Notes: generated by a model not told the origin, from the sequence alone. A stretch of 64,000 nucleotides of DNA from an uncultured bacterium (GCA_965368975.1 CBDUPA010000005.1:1-64000); one strand, 5' to 3'. Positions 17,095 through 27,405 are shown, counted from the first letter of the stretch. Program-made: numbers and translations.

Positions 17095-20000
17095 TCACCA
17101 CTTCCAGTCGAACAGCTTGAGGAAGGTGATGAAGGCGGAAACGCCATCGTCGGGGCCGGCGACGGCTTTGCCGACTTCGAGGTTGATGATCGTCTCCCAC
17201 GGACCGAGGACAGTGCCACCGAGGCCGATGCCGGCGAGGAACTCGTCTTCGAGACCGCTGGCTTCGTCGGTCGCCAGGAAGCCGTCGGCTTCGATCTCCA
17301 GGCGGAAGACTTCGCCGATCTCGACGCCGTACTCCAGGTTCATGCCGTAGGCGCGCTCGGCACGCACCCGGTCGCTCTGGTAGCCGTTGATACGCGAGTC
17401 GCCGAAGAAGCCGAACTGGTACTTGCTGAAGCGGTCGAGATCCTGGCCATCGAGGTACTGCAGCGAGACGCCGAACTTGCGGAAGTTGGGCAGCCACCAA
17501 GTCTTGCCCAGGGAGACGTTCCACTTGACGAAGTCTTCGGTCTCGGGATCGAAATCTTCCAGTGCGGCGCCGGGGATAGGGGAGCCGGGTAGGCCCCAGG
17601 GCTGCCAGTCAGAGCGCTGGTTGTAGGAGCCGCTGGTCAGGAAGCGGTAGCCGCTGCGGTTGTAGGCCAGGTCGACCTGGAAGGTGTGCAGCAGGTGGTC
17701 CTCGGGCAGCACGAAGCCGGCCGCGGTGTCGTCGGCGTCGCTGTAGTTGTTGACGCGCAGGCTGTAGGTGAAGTCGATCTTGCCAAACTCGCCGAGCGGC
17801 CGTCCGAGGAAGAGGGAGAAGCGGGCCTGGCGGTTCTCGATCTCCTGCTCTTCGATCTCCTCGTCTTCGAAGAAGAGTGTGTCGCTGCCGGCAATGGCCA
17901 GCGCGAAAATGCTGGCACCGGCATCCCACTCGGAGCCGAACAGATCCGGGTCGGCGATATTGCCGATCGCCAGCACGCCGCCGAAGAGCAGGTTCGCCTG
18001 GGCACCGGTGCCAAGGAAGTCGAAGCTGAAGTAGTTGACGCCGGCCAGTGGTAGCGGGAAGTCAAAGCTCTCGTCGTAGAAGACGCCGCCGAGGGCGAAC
18101 AGCTGGTCCTTCTTGAAGCCGTCCTGGACCACGCGCTCGCCGGTCTCGTCGTCCTTGACCAGGTAGCGCAGGCCCTGGTCGGTGTCGCGCACCATGGTGG
18201 TGTCGGATGCCAGCACTTCCTGCCGCTGGCGCTCGAAGTCTTCGGGGTTGATCTGTAGCGCGGAGAGCAGGGTTTCGGTCTCGACCACGACGGTCGAGTT
18301 GAGCACATTGAGCAGCTGCTGGCTGGTCTGGCGCAGCGGCATCCACAGGGCCTCGGGCGTCCAGGTGGTGGGCTCGCCGGCTGGGGTCACCGGGGTGAAG
18401 AAGGTAGTCTCTTCGTTCGACAGTACTTCGCCTTCGAGTCCCAGCTGTAGCGCGCGCGTGCGCACGCGGCCGAAGTGCTGGCGATCGACCCAGACGGTTC
18501 CCTGGTAGAGGGTGCGGCCGGGTTCGACCTCGACCGCGGGTTCGAAGTCGACCACCCAGGAGTCGCGGCCGTCGACGATGTCGGTGCCGCGCAGGCGGTA
18601 GAGGTACTCCTTGGTGAAGTTGATCTCGAGCGGCGGCGCGGCTGCTTTCTCGGGCTGTACCAAGGGGATCTGCGGAATGTCGTCACCGCGCCAGCGCACG
18701 CCGTCGAAGTAGAAGTTCTCCCACGCCCAGTCGAAGCCCTCGCCGCGCTGGAAGAAGAAGGAGCCCTCGAAGGTCGCCTCGACGCTGCCCGGGCCGGTGC
18801 CGCTGAGCTGGAAGCGCATGTGGGTGGTGTTGAGGGCGCGGTAGCGTTGCAGTCGTCGGGCCTGGTTGTCGTCGAAGGCTTGCAGCCGGCGCAGGATCTC
18901 CTCGACCGGCATCTGGCGCTCGTCGGAGACGGTGATCTCGCTCTCGACACCCTCGAGACCCTCGATCTCGGCGGCGGTCATGCGCTCCAGGCGTAGCAGG
19001 GCGACGTGGCCGGGTTCGGGCACGGTGAGCTGCAGGCCGTCGTCGGTGCGGCGCTGGCTGAACAGATCGTAGAAGCTATTGGAGGCGGCGTCCCAGCGGG
19101 CTGGGCGCTTGAGCTGGGAGTCGGGGAACTGGACGGTCAGCTCCTCGGTGTCGGCGGGTACGTCGACAATGATCCGCAAGCTGAGGTCGTCGCCGCGCAC
19201 GAAGCTCCAGGCGCCGCGGCCACCCTCGGGACGCGAGTAGGGATCGAGAGCGATGTCACCCTGGAATTCGCGCGCCAGCACCTTGAAGGGTTCGACGCCC
19301 TCGGGCGACTCGACGCTCTCTCCGGCGCCGAAGAAGGTCAAGGCGAAGCCCTGTTCATGGCTGTCGGCGGCTCGCACCAGGACGTGCCAGGGGTTGTCGG
19401 CGGGGGTTGGCAGCTGATCCAGCACGACGGCACGGCCGGCGTCGAGTACGGCGACCCGGGCGATGGCGGCCCTGCTCCCTTCCGGGGTTTCGCCGGGCAA
19501 GAGGGCGACGCCGTCGATGTAAGCCGCGATCTCTTCAGCGTACAGCGCGTCGATCAGGTTCGGATCGGCCGGCAGGGCCTGCGTCAACACCCGAGCGTCA
19601 GCGCGGGCGCCGGTGATGGCGACCGAAGCGCGCTTGAGCAGGAACGCATATTCGCGCGACCAGTCTTCGAGCGCTGTCAGCGGGATGCCGGCGGTCACCG
19701 GCTGCCACACGACCTGGAAGTGTGTGCGCTCGCCCGCCGCCTCGGCCAGGCTGGCGGTGGCCTTGAGCGCGGCGTCGAGCTGGTCGGCGTTGTCGAGCAC
19801 CGGTGCTGGCACGCGGAAGATCAGTCGCAACCAGGGCACGCCGCCGGCGTCGCGCACCTGCTGTGCCAGTTCGCCGACCTGTGCCGACTGTTGATCGAGG
19901 CTTCCGACGCGCAGGATGTCGAGGTCGGCGGGCCAGGAGATGTAGAGCCTGGCTTGGTCGCCGATTTCCTCGTCGTGCAGCCGGGGCTCGGCGCCGAGGG

Positions 20001-20157
20001 CACGAAAGAAGTCGTTCGTCAGCTGCTCCGGAGCGTCGAAGCTGAGGCCCGCGCACGGCGCACACGGGGGTGTTTGTGTCAGGCCGGCGACGGGAAGCAG
20101 GAGGAGTGTCAGGAGGAAGAGTCTATAGATCATGGAGGGGAATTCCTGGTTGTTCAT
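17095..20157 (-). CDS. Large exported/outer-membrane protein with a C-terminal beta-barrel-like region
   Basis: Signal peptide (start may be 20133); central GTVWVD..F segment; alternating aromatic strands; terminal aromatic residue (FDWKW). Confidence 0.7.
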   Translation of the reverse strand: MNNQEFPSMIYRLFLLTLLLLPVAGLTQTPPCAPCAGLSFDAPEQLTNDFFRALGAEPRLHDEEIGDQARLYISWPADLDILRVGSLDQQSAQVGELAQQVRDAGGVPWLRLIFRVPAPVLDNADQLDAALKATASLAEAAGERTHFQVVWQPVTAGIPLTALEDWSREYAFLLKRASVAITGARADARVLTQALPADPNLIDALYAEEIAAYIDGVALLPGETPEGSRAAIARVAVLDAGRAVVLDQLPTPADNPWHVLVRAADSHEQGFALTFFGAGESVESPEGVEPFKVLAREFQGDIALDPYSRPEGGRGAWSFVRGDDLSLRIIVDVPADTEELTVQFPDSQLKRPARWDAASNSFYDLFSQRRTDDGLQLTVPEPGHVALLRLERMTAAEIEGLEGVESEITVSDERQMPVEEILRRLQAFDDNQARRLQRYRALNTTHMRFQLSGTGPGSVEATFEGSFFFQRGEGFDWAWENFYFDGVRWRGDDIPQIPLVQPEKAAAPPLEINFTKEYLYRLRGTDIVDGRDSWVVDFEPAVEVEPGRTLYQGTVWVDRQHFGRVRTRALQLGLEGEVLSNEETTFFTPVTPAGEPTTWTPEALWMPLRQTSQQLLNVLNSTVVVETETLLSALQINPEDFERQRQEVLASDTTMVRDTDQGLRYLVKDDETGERVVQDGFKKDQLFALGGVFYDESFDFPLPLAGVNYFSFDFLGTGAQANLLFGGVLAIGNIADPDLFGSEWDAGASIFALAIAGSDTLFFEDEEIEEQEIENRQARFSLFLGRPLGEFGKIDFTYSLRVNNYSDADDTAAGFVLPEDHLLHTFQVDLAYNRSGYRFLTSGSYNQRSDWQPWGLPGSPIPGAALEDFDPETEDFVKWNVSLGKTWWLPNFRKFGVSLQYLDGQDLDRFSKYQFGFFGDSRINGYQSDRVRAERAYGMNLEYGVEIGEVFRLEIEADGFLATDEASGLEDEFLAGIGLGGTVLGPWETIINLEVGKAVAGPDDGVSAFITFLKLFDWKW

Positions 20158-20279
20158 GGTCCGCTAAGGATATTGCGCGCGTCGCTGGTTGTCATCTTTC
20201 GATGACGTGCTTCGCCGACGCGGGCACGTCGGCGTTGCATCTGGTTTTCGCTGCTCAAGCAAGCTAGGATGTTCACCTC

Positions 20280-21368
20280 ATGGAATTCTCGGGACGCCTG
20301 GCCTCTTTCCCGCCAGAACAGCTGCTGCAGTGGGCCGATACGGAACGCCGAACCGGTTCTCTGGTAGTACGCCGAAGTCGCCGGCAAAAGCGTGTGTTCT
20401 TTGTCGACGGTAAAGTCGTGGCTTGCCTGTCCGACGATCCGGCGGAGTACTACGGTCAGTATCTCTTGCTCTACGGTCACGTGACCGAGTCGGAACTGAT
20501 CCAGGCCTTGAGCCACTGCGCGCAGAGCGGTAAGCGGCTGGGGGGAGCGCTGATCGATCTCGGCATCCTGTCCGAGGGCGACGTGCGCGACACGTTGAGC
20601 CACCAGATCCAGGACATGGTCTGTGGCCTCTTCTTGTGGCAGCACGGTGTCTTCTATTTCGAGGACGAGCGACCTCCGACCAGCGAGGTTTTGCCACCGC
20701 CCATCCGTACTCTACACCTGGTGCTGGAGGGCAGCCGGTGGAAGGATGAGATGGCGCGCTTTCGTTCCCTGTTCCCGCACGACCACGTCGTGCTGCGCCG
20801 GGGACGCAGGTGGGAGCGCGAGGAGTTGTCGCCGCTGGAACAGCGTGTCACCAGCGAGGTCGACGGCGAACGGACGCTGAAGCAGATTTACTCCCTGGTG
20901 CGCGGACCGTATTTCCGCGTGCTGGAGGCCGTCAACGATCTCTGCTTGCGCGAAGTGCTGGACGTGGGCGAGGTGGGCGATGCCGGTGACACCGGTACGG
21001 TCGAGATCAGTGTCTTCGATCTGTTGCTGGAACAGGCGATGGAGGAACAGATGCGAGAAGAACCGGCGATTCCATTGGACGTACTAGGGCGCTTCTATCC
21101 CATCTGGGTCCGGCAGCCGACGTCGGACGAGGCCTCGCAGCTGGCGCAGGAGTTGCCCAAGTTGTGGCAACGCCTGGATGGCACGACGCCGCTGCGCGAG
21201 CTGCTGGCCCAGGACGAAGAGGACCGCGCTCGCAAGCTGGACCTGCTGATGCTGCACCTGCGCAACGGCAAGCTGGCGCTGCTGCCAGACAAGCCGGCGG
21301 TCTTGGCGGTCGATGGCAACCAGGAGGTCATCCAGCAGGGGTGGTGGCAGAAGCTGTTCGGCGGCTGA
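20280..21368 (+). CDS. DUF4388 (PatA-N-like) domain protein
   Basis: FSGRL..F....LLQW....RTGSL, VFFVDGKVV, KRLG..L...GIL, LFLWQHG.F.F motifs. Confidence 0.8.
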   Translation: MEFSGRLASFPPEQLLQWADTERRTGSLVVRRSRRQKRVFFVDGKVVACLSDDPAEYYGQYLLLYGHVTESELIQALSHCAQSGKRLGGALIDLGILSEGDVRDTLSHQIQDMVCGLFLWQHGVFYFEDERPPTSEVLPPPIRTLHLVLEGSRWKDEMARFRSLFPHDHVVLRRGRRWEREELSPLEQRVTSEVDGERTLKQIYSLVRGPYFRVLEAVNDLCLREVLDVGEVGDAGDTGTVEISVFDLLLEQAMEEQMREEPAIPLDVLGRFYPIWVRQPTSDEASQLAQELPKLWQRLDGTTPLRELLAQDEEDRARKLDLLMLHLRNGKLALLPDKPAVLAVDGNQEVIQQGWWQKLFGG

Positions 21369-23368
21369 CCAGGCTCGCGCGGCTGTGCCAGCCGCTCCTG
21401 CCAGCCGCCCTGCTCACTGTCTTCGCCTTCTTCTGCGGCACCTTCGACGCTGTTTCCTCGACGGCGGCGATCGTCCGAGCCGCGAGCCTGCTTGGTATGG
21501 CTGGGGTGGCCGTCTTTGCGGGGCGTCACGCCTGGACGGACGCGCTCCGCCTGGGGCGCGGGGGTCGCTGGTTGCCGCTGGCACTCTACGGTGTCGCGTT
21601 GGCGTCGTGCTGGACGTCACCGGTACCGCGTGCCGGCTGGACGGTGCTCTTGCTGCTGCCGGCGCTCTACCTGTTGCCGGTGGCGGTGGCGTGGTGTTGG
21701 CGCACCGAGCAGGCCCGGCGTTGGGGGTTGCCGGCGGTGACCGTCGTCGCGGTCACGGTCGCGGTCGTGTCGTTGGTCGGCGTTGCACGCGGCGACCTGA
21801 GAGCCGCCGAACCCTTGGGGCAACACATCCTCCTTGCCGCCTTCCTGGTCACGCTTTGGCCACTGGCTCTCGTCGGTGTGTTCCAGCTTGAAGCTTCCGC
21901 GCCGTTGTGGATCGTCGCGGGGACGGCCGCGCTGCTTGGTGTCGCGACCACGGTGGCCGTCGTCAAGAGCGGTTCGCTACTCGCCACGCTAGGCTTCGTG
22001 CTGCAGGTGTTCGTCGCTTGGACCTGGAGATCCAGATCAGGGCACCCATTGGGGACCCAGATTGGGCGACGGTCGCGTCGACGGTGGCTGCCGACTCTGG
22101 TTGCGCTGGTCCTCGTCGGTGGTGCTCTCGCCGTTCTCTTCGGGCTGCGTCTGCTCGATGTCGCGACGTTGGAGGACAATTCCCTACGCGCCCGTCTTGG
22201 CTACTGGCAAGCGTGCGTGCGTGGCGTCGAGGCAAGGCCGATGTTGGGTTGGGGCCCTGGCGCGACTCCCTGGACGCTAGCCGAGCACTTGCACCCCGAT
22301 CCGGGGGTGCGTCCGGCTGGCGAGGTGGTCGGGGATCTACACGGTCTGCCGCAGCAGCTGGCCTACGAACTGGGCTTTCCCGGCTTGCTGCTCGTGTTGG
22401 GCATCGGGGGCGCTTGGTGGTGGCGGCGTCGGGCCGAAGAGCTGTGTCGGGCCGAAGAGAAGGGGCGAGCCATACAGGTGGCTGGGGTCGATGGGATGTT
22501 GGCCCCATGCGCGCGTCTCGGCTTGGTGGGTTTCGGGATCTGCGCCCTCGGCAGCGGTCTCCTGATGGCGTCCGCACTGCCGGTAGCCTTGCTGGTCGTC
22601 CTGGGGGCCGGGCTTGCGGTGAGGCAAGAGGCTGGGGAGCAAGAGGTGGCTCAGCCAGTACCAGCGAGGTGGCCCGCCGTTCTGGCGCTGGTACTGACCG
22701 CCGCCGGATCAACGCCCTTGTGGATTGCCCACGCCCACTACGACCGAGCCGTCGCCGCCCAGTCCAAGGCGCAGCGTGCCGAGCACCTACGCCGAGCTGT
22801 CGAGCTGGACCCACGCTTTCCGCTCTACCGCGCGCGTCTTGCTGGCTTGGAGGAAGAGCCCACGACAGCGGCACGGCAAGCGCAGCGTGCAGCCGAGCAT
22901 GCGCATGCCGTCGCGCCGCTGTGGTTGCTCGCTGGCCAGGCGGCGATGGAGATCGATGTCGAAGACGCTCGCGCAGCCTTGTTGCGGGCGCTGGAACTCG
23001 ACCCGTTTTCGCCTCCCGCACCCTGGCTTCTGCTGCAACTCGACCCGCGGCCCCGCAATGCGGAGATGGGGGCGCGGGCCGTGCTCGCTGAGCCGAGGCT
23101 GGCGGGCGCGCGCTGGTGGGCGAGGCATCCGCGTTTATGGCCGCACGTGCGCGAGGCAGTGCGGACCTGGCCGGGGCTGGACCCTGGATGGCGAGACGCG
23201 TTCCTCGACGCTACGGCGGAGCTGGAGTGGAGCGTCGCCGGGCCGGTGATGGCGCTGGATGCCGACGCCAAAGGTGACGTCGGCATCTCGTCGTTGCTCT
23301 TCCGGCGCCAACCCTGGAGCTGGCGAGTCTGGATGCTGGAACTCGGCGAGGTGCCGGAGACGCTCTAG
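21365..23368 (+). CDS. O-antigen ligase/Wzy_C-family membrane protein with C-terminal TPR-like repeats (start approximate)
   Basis: Many TM segments; R..YW....RP.LGWGPG and H.....AYELGFPG motifs; RAVELDP / RALELDP repeats. Confidence 0.75.
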   Translation: MTRLARLCQPLLPAALLTVFAFFCGTFDAVSSTAAIVRAASLLGMAGVAVFAGRHAWTDALRLGRGGRWLPLALYGVALASCWTSPVPRAGWTVLLLLPALYLLPVAVAWCWRTEQARRWGLPAVTVVAVTVAVVSLVGVARGDLRAAEPLGQHILLAAFLVTLWPLALVGVFQLEASAPLWIVAGTAALLGVATTVAVVKSGSLLATLGFVLQVFVAWTWRSRSGHPLGTQIGRRSRRRWLPTLVALVLVGGALAVLFGLRLLDVATLEDNSLRARLGYWQACVRGVEARPMLGWGPGATPWTLAEHLHPDPGVRPAGEVVGDLHGLPQQLAYELGFPGLLLVLGIGGAWWWRRRAEELCRAEEKGRAIQVAGVDGMLAPCARLGLVGFGICALGSGLLMASALPVALLVVLGAGLAVRQEAGEQEVAQPVPARWPAVLALVLTAAGSTPLWIAHAHYDRAVAAQSKAQRAEHLRRAVELDPRFPLYRARLAGLEEEPTTAARQAQRAAEHAHAVAPLWLLAGQAAMEIDVEDARAALLRALELDPFSPPAPWLLLQLDPRPRNAEMGARAVLAEPRLAGARWWARHPRLWPHVREAVRTWPGLDPGWRDAFLDATAELEWSVAGPVMALDADAKGDVGISSLLFRRQPWSWRVWMLELGEVPETL

Positions 23369-23412
23369 CGCCCGTCTGACTCCCCAGCGGGCCGAACCAG
23401 CAGCAGCTCGGA

Positions 23413-24516
23413 TCAGCAGTTGGGGGCCTTGTTCCAGCTGCCCGCTCCTCGCATCGTGTCGACCATCGTCTGCATCAGGTTCAGGCTCTCCGGCTGGTTC
23501 TCGTAAGCGAACATCATGCCGCCCGCATAGCCGTCCTTGATGACTTCCTGTGACTGCGGTCCCACGAGACCCCACTCGCCACTGAAACGATTCTCAGCCG
23601 AGAAGCCGAGACTCAGCTGGTTCTTTGTCATGCCGTAGCCCAGATACGGGCTCAGTCGGGGGCCAACACTCCCGTAGTAGGACATTTCCCAGCCATAGTT
23701 GAGGCTCTCGGCCAGCGTGTGACCGTTCCAGTTGCCGGAGAACGGACCAGAATCAGCCCACAGAGCTTTGGTGATCAGCTTGTCTGGCATCGTTTGCCGC
23801 ATCAGCGTTGTCACCATGGGCAGGGATGTGTTGTTGGCCGGACCGTTGCTGTACTCGTCATCAATGTCGATGCCGTCGAGCTGGTAGGGGTCGACGACGT
23901 ATTGCTGCAGGTAGTTGACGAAGTTCTGGGCGGTTTGTTGGTCGGTGAACTGCGACCAGCCGGTATCCGTGTGTGCATTCATGATCGTCAACAGAACCGT
24001 GATGCCCTTGTCCTGCAAGGTCTGCACGAGGCCAGCGTCCAACACGGACTGGATGTTCGGATTGAGCGGTTTGTCCGTCGGCGGATCGTTGTTGTTGGCG
24101 CGCAGCATGGGGATTGTGTTGGTTGCGTAGTTGCCCGCGAACAAGCAAGCGACATCGATCGCGGGTGTGCCGTCTGTTCCCACGTAACACTCGATGTCCT
24201 GGAACTGGGCGTTGTTGGCGGGGCTGATGTAGACGGTCGAGATCGCGGTCTTCTCGTAAGAGTCGCACTGTGGCGCGCTGCCGTAGTGGGGATCTCCTGT
24301 GAAGAATACGGCGTCACCAGGCTCGAACGGGCTGTATTTGGCGGCAGGGCCGTCGAGCACCATGTACTCGCGGCAGTAGAAGAAGAACGTGATGTTTGGA
24401 TTGGCGAAGGCGGTACGCATCGCCGCCTGCGGAGTTGTTCCGGACACCTTGCTCACGAAGTTGTCCCAGCTGGCTTGACCGTACTGCGCAACGTTGTCTT
24501 TCTTGTCCCATCCCAT
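23413..24516 (-). CDS. GH18 endo-beta-N-acetylglucosaminidase (EndoH-like) with an extra N-terminal domain
   Basis: LDGIDIDDEY catalytic motif, LFAGN, LQDKGITVLL, YGWEMSY. Confidence 0.85.
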   Translation of the reverse strand: MGWDKKDNVAQYGQASWDNFVSKVSGTTPQAAMRTAFANPNITFFFYCREYMVLDGPAAKYSPFEPGDAVFFTGDPHYGSAPQCDSYEKTAISTVYISPANNAQFQDIECYVGTDGTPAIDVACLFAGNYATNTIPMLRANNNDPPTDKPLNPNIQSVLDAGLVQTLQDKGITVLLTIMNAHTDTGWSQFTDQQTAQNFVNYLQQYVVDPYQLDGIDIDDEYSNGPANNTSLPMVTTLMRQTMPDKLITKALWADSGPFSGNWNGHTLAESLNYGWEMSYYGSVGPRLSPYLGYGMTKNQLSLGFSAENRFSGEWGLVGPQSQEVIKDGYAGGMMFAYENQPESLNLMQTMVDTMRGAGSWNKAPNC

Positions 24517-24552
24517 GGTCGTGACCCTTCAAGAGTGTGGGTTTCGGGTGTC

Positions 24553-25116
24553 TTAGCGCCACGGCCGGCTGGTCGGCTCTCCGGCTTTTCCGGGGCCGGC
24601 CAGACCGGGTGGCGGGCCAAGAATCTCCGTGAGCAGAACCGCCCGCTGCAGAGACTCCGGGCCGCTACTGAGGTCGCGCACCAGGTTCTGTGCCAACCTG
24701 GACGGCTTGGGCGGTGGTGCGTGCAAGCTGCCGAGTGCTGGCAACGGCGGCAGGGGCTCTTCGACGGTGGACTTGAATACGCCCTCGTCGCGATGCTCTT
24801 CCCGCTCAATCACCGACCAGCCTGCTTGCTCCCGCTCGGAGGCGGCCTGAGCCTCGGCGACTCGCCGCAGTTCTTCCGCCTTGCGTAGGGCGATCTGTTC
24901 CGGTGTCTCGACGCCCATCTCGTTGAGAATCTGTTGCTGCGCCTGCTGACGCACCTGCTGCAGTTGCTCCAGCAGAGTTTGGCCCGAGTCTTCCGCAGCC
25001 GGTGCCGGGCTCTGCCCTGGACGGTTCTTCTTCATGCGCCGGTTGCGCACCGCACCGGCGATGGCCGAGAGAACCGACCAGACGAGCAGCAGGAGGATGG
25101 GGGCTAGTTCTTCCAT
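24553..25116 (-). CDS. Single-TM hypothetical protein, YqfB-like flotillin operon partner
   Basis: MEELAPILLLLVWSVLS N-terminal TM; C-terminal LQRAVLLTEILGPP motif typical of genes following floA. Confidence 0.7.
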   Translation of the reverse strand: MEELAPILLLLVWSVLSAIAGAVRNRRMKKNRPGQSPAPAAEDSGQTLLEQLQQVRQQAQQQILNEMGVETPEQIALRKAEELRRVAEAQAASEREQAGWSVIEREEHRDEGVFKSTVEEPLPPLPALGSLHAPPPKPSRLAQNLVRDLSSGPESLQRAVLLTEILGPPPGLAGPGKAGEPTSRPWR

Positions 25117-25126
25117 GACGGCTGCA

Positions 25127-25400
25127 TCAGGATCCGGCAGGAACGTAGTGGCAATCTCGCTGACAGAGAGCCGCTGCACATACAGGACGCATAGAGGCTC
25201 ATACCGTCAATGCTTTGGCAGCCGCAAAGCGGAGTGCTGCAATAAGTACAGACGGCAGCCCCTCCGCCTGTTAGGTCTGGTGGTTCTTGCACGAACGGAT
25301 CACGGCCGGTAGCTTCGGTTGGTTGGAATGCGAGCGTGCCGACGAGGGCAGCACAGAGAACGACGAAGACTAAGGCGAAGCTGAGTTTCTTGAGCTTCAT
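25127..25400 (-). pseudogene. Secreted cysteine-rich peptide, copy 2, with an apparent frameshift at 25165-25170
   Basis: Signal plus CTYCSTPLCGCQSIDGMSLYASCMCSGS in one frame; the homologous tail CQRDCHYVPAGS* is in another frame (TGT at 25165, TGA at 25129-25127). Read as given, the ORF runs to 25104. Could be a sequencing error. Confidence 0.75.
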
Positions 25401-26380
25401 TGCATGCTCCCTATTCCTATGCAGCGTTCAGCACCGCTGTCTGGTGCTTGGTAACGAATGATGGTTGAGTTACCCCAGCGGGTGAACATCCGTGAGGGAC
25501 ACGCAGAACTCGGCTGGGCGCGCGTCGATACGAGTTTCCGCGTCGTGAGACTCTTGGACGCATTCAGTATCTGGAGGCTCGAGCCGTCCTGCGCTTCTAG
25601 CGCCAGAAGTCTGCAGTCTCCGTCGACATCGAATCCGGCGATCCGGCGCAGTGAGATATCCATCGCCTCTCCGTCCCTTTTGGCGCGTCGGTCCATTTCT
25701 TCCAGCTGTTGGGCGAGACGAGGATTCGAGTGCGGGGCGATGTGCCCGCTCCACAGGAACTCTCCAGAAGTGGAGTAGACCTCAAGATCGCCGTTCATGC
25801 CGTCGAGACTGAAGATCTGGTTCTCTTGCGGGCAGGAGCGCAGCAGGATCGATCTCAGGAGAACGAGTCCGGGGCGAAACACGACGGGCTCTTCTTCACC
25901 CAGCTTGGCGACTAACCTTCCGGTATCTACAGCCCAAATGGAGAGGCGATGATCAGCGCTCAGCGGTGCGACAGCGATTCTATTCTCACCGATCCAGCGA
26001 ATCTCGCCAGCCTGATAGGGGAGGCGGATGCGTTTGTCATCACGTCCATTCCACCGCGTGACTTCTACAACTCGCCGGCTGCTCATCAGTGAGACGTGGG
26101 CAATGCCCCACTCGGAGTCGGCATCGACCGCCAAGGCGACCTGCAACCGCCGGCTTCCCAGGCGTTCCCCGCGAGGGCTGATCAGGTCGATGCGTTCGTC
26201 CTTGCGATCGAAGACCCAGAGGTTACCGGAGCGATCTCTACCCATTTCTGACGCGCCACCATAGCTCTCGATCAGCGCTAGAGCTTCCGCCGTGGGTTCG
26301 GGCGGCGTGCTCCGCTCCTGAGTGCCTGCCATGGCAGGCAGGTTCAGGAGCAGGAGCAGTGTTGGCAGCAGGGACCGCAT
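25397..26380 (-). CDS. Exported hypothetical protein, probable beta-propeller, copy 2
   Basis: MRSLLPTLLLLLNLPAMA signal; ASEMGRDRSGNLW, DSEWGI, GENRIAVAP, SLDGMNG; stop overlaps the peptide ATG (ATGA). Confidence 0.78.
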   Translation of the reverse strand: MRSLLPTLLLLLNLPAMAGTQERSTPPEPTAEALALIESYGGASEMGRDRSGNLWVFDRKDERIDLISPRGERLGSRRLQVALAVDADSEWGIAHVSLMSSRRVVEVTRWNGRDDKRIRLPYQAGEIRWIGENRIAVAPLSADHRLSIWAVDTGRLVAKLGEEEPVVFRPGLVLLRSILLRSCPQENQIFSLDGMNGDLEVYSTSGEFLWSGHIAPHSNPRLAQQLEEMDRRAKRDGEAMDISLRRIAGFDVDGDCRLLALEAQDGSSLQILNASKSLTTRKLVSTRAQPSSACPSRMFTRWGNSTIIRYQAPDSGAERCIGIGSMQ

Positions 26381-26384
26381 TGGA

Positions 26385-27371
26385 TCAACCCTGTTCCTCG
26401 CTACCTGGGTCTGGCTTGTCCGTGGTCTGTGACGAGATCGAGCTGCGCATGCTGGTGTCGGACTCGATGTTGCGCATACGGTAGTAGTCCATGACGCCCA
26501 GGTTGCCGCTGCGGAAGGCATCGGCCATCGCCTTGGGTACCTGCGCTTCGGCTTCGATCAGGCGCGCGCGCATCTCCTGCGTGCGGGCCTTCATCTCTTG
26601 CTCCTCGGCGACCGCCATGGCACGGCGGGATTCGGCGCGCGCCTGAGCGACCTTCTTGTCGGCCTCGGCCTGGTCGATCTGCAGACTGGCGCCGACGTTG
26701 GCACCGACGTCGACATCGGCGATGTCGATGGACAGGATCTCGAAGGCGGTGCCGGAATCCAGGCCCTTGCCCAGAACCATGCGCGAGATCGAGTCGGGGT
26801 TTTCCAGCACGTGCTCGTAGGTGTCCGACGAACCGATGGTGGTCACGATGCCCTCGCCGACGCGGGCGATGATCGTTTCCTCACCGGCACCGCCGACCAG
26901 GCGGTCGATGTTGGCGCGCACGGTGACGCGGCTGATGGCCTTGAGCTGAATGCCGTCTTTGGCGACGGCGGCGACCACCGGGGTGGTGATGACCTTCGGG
27001 TTGACGCTCATCTTGACCGCTTCGAGCACGTCACGGCCGGCTAGGTCGATGGCGGCGGCGCGCTTGAACGTCAGCGTGATGCCGGCCTTGTCGGCACTGA
27101 TCAAGGCGTTGATCACGTTGGCGACATTGCCGCCAGCCAGATAGTGAGCTTCCAGCTCACCGACGCCGATATCCAGGCCGGCCTTGATGGCACTGATGCG
27201 TGGTTCGACGATGACGCTCGGTGGTACGCGGCGGATACGCATGCCGATCAGGTCGCGAAGACCGACGGTAGCGCCGCTGAAGCGCGCGGCCAGCCACAGG
27301 CGAACAGGGATGAAGTACGTGAATAGGAATAGGAGTAGGGCGATGCCGAGGATGGGGAGAAGGACTTCCAC
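26385..27371 (-). CDS. floA: Flotillin-like protein FloA (YqfA family)
   Basis: [56 protein letters not shown]. Confidence 0.95.
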   Translation of the reverse strand: MEVLLPILGIALLLFLFTYFIPVRLWLAARFSGATVGLRDLIGMRIRRVPPSVIVEPRISAIKAGLDIGVGELEAHYLAGGNVANVINALISADKAGITLTFKRAAAIDLAGRDVLEAVKMSVNPKVITTPVVAAVAKDGIQLKAISRVTVRANIDRLVGGAGEETIIARVGEGIVTTIGSSDTYEHVLENPDSISRMVLGKGLDSGTAFEILSIDIADVDVGANVGASLQIDQAEADKKVAQARAESRRAMAVAEEQEMKARTQEMRARLIEAEAQVPKAMADAFRSGNLGVMDYYRMRNIESDTSMRSSISSQTTDKPDPGSEEQG

Positions 27372-27405
27372 GATGCAACCTCCGTTGGCGCGCTAGGGCG
27401 CCGTA

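Noticed and set aside
25117-25179. N-terminal extension of ORF 24553..25179
   Set aside because: This stretch encodes the peptide's frameshifted tail; the TM protein plausibly starts at ATG 25116.
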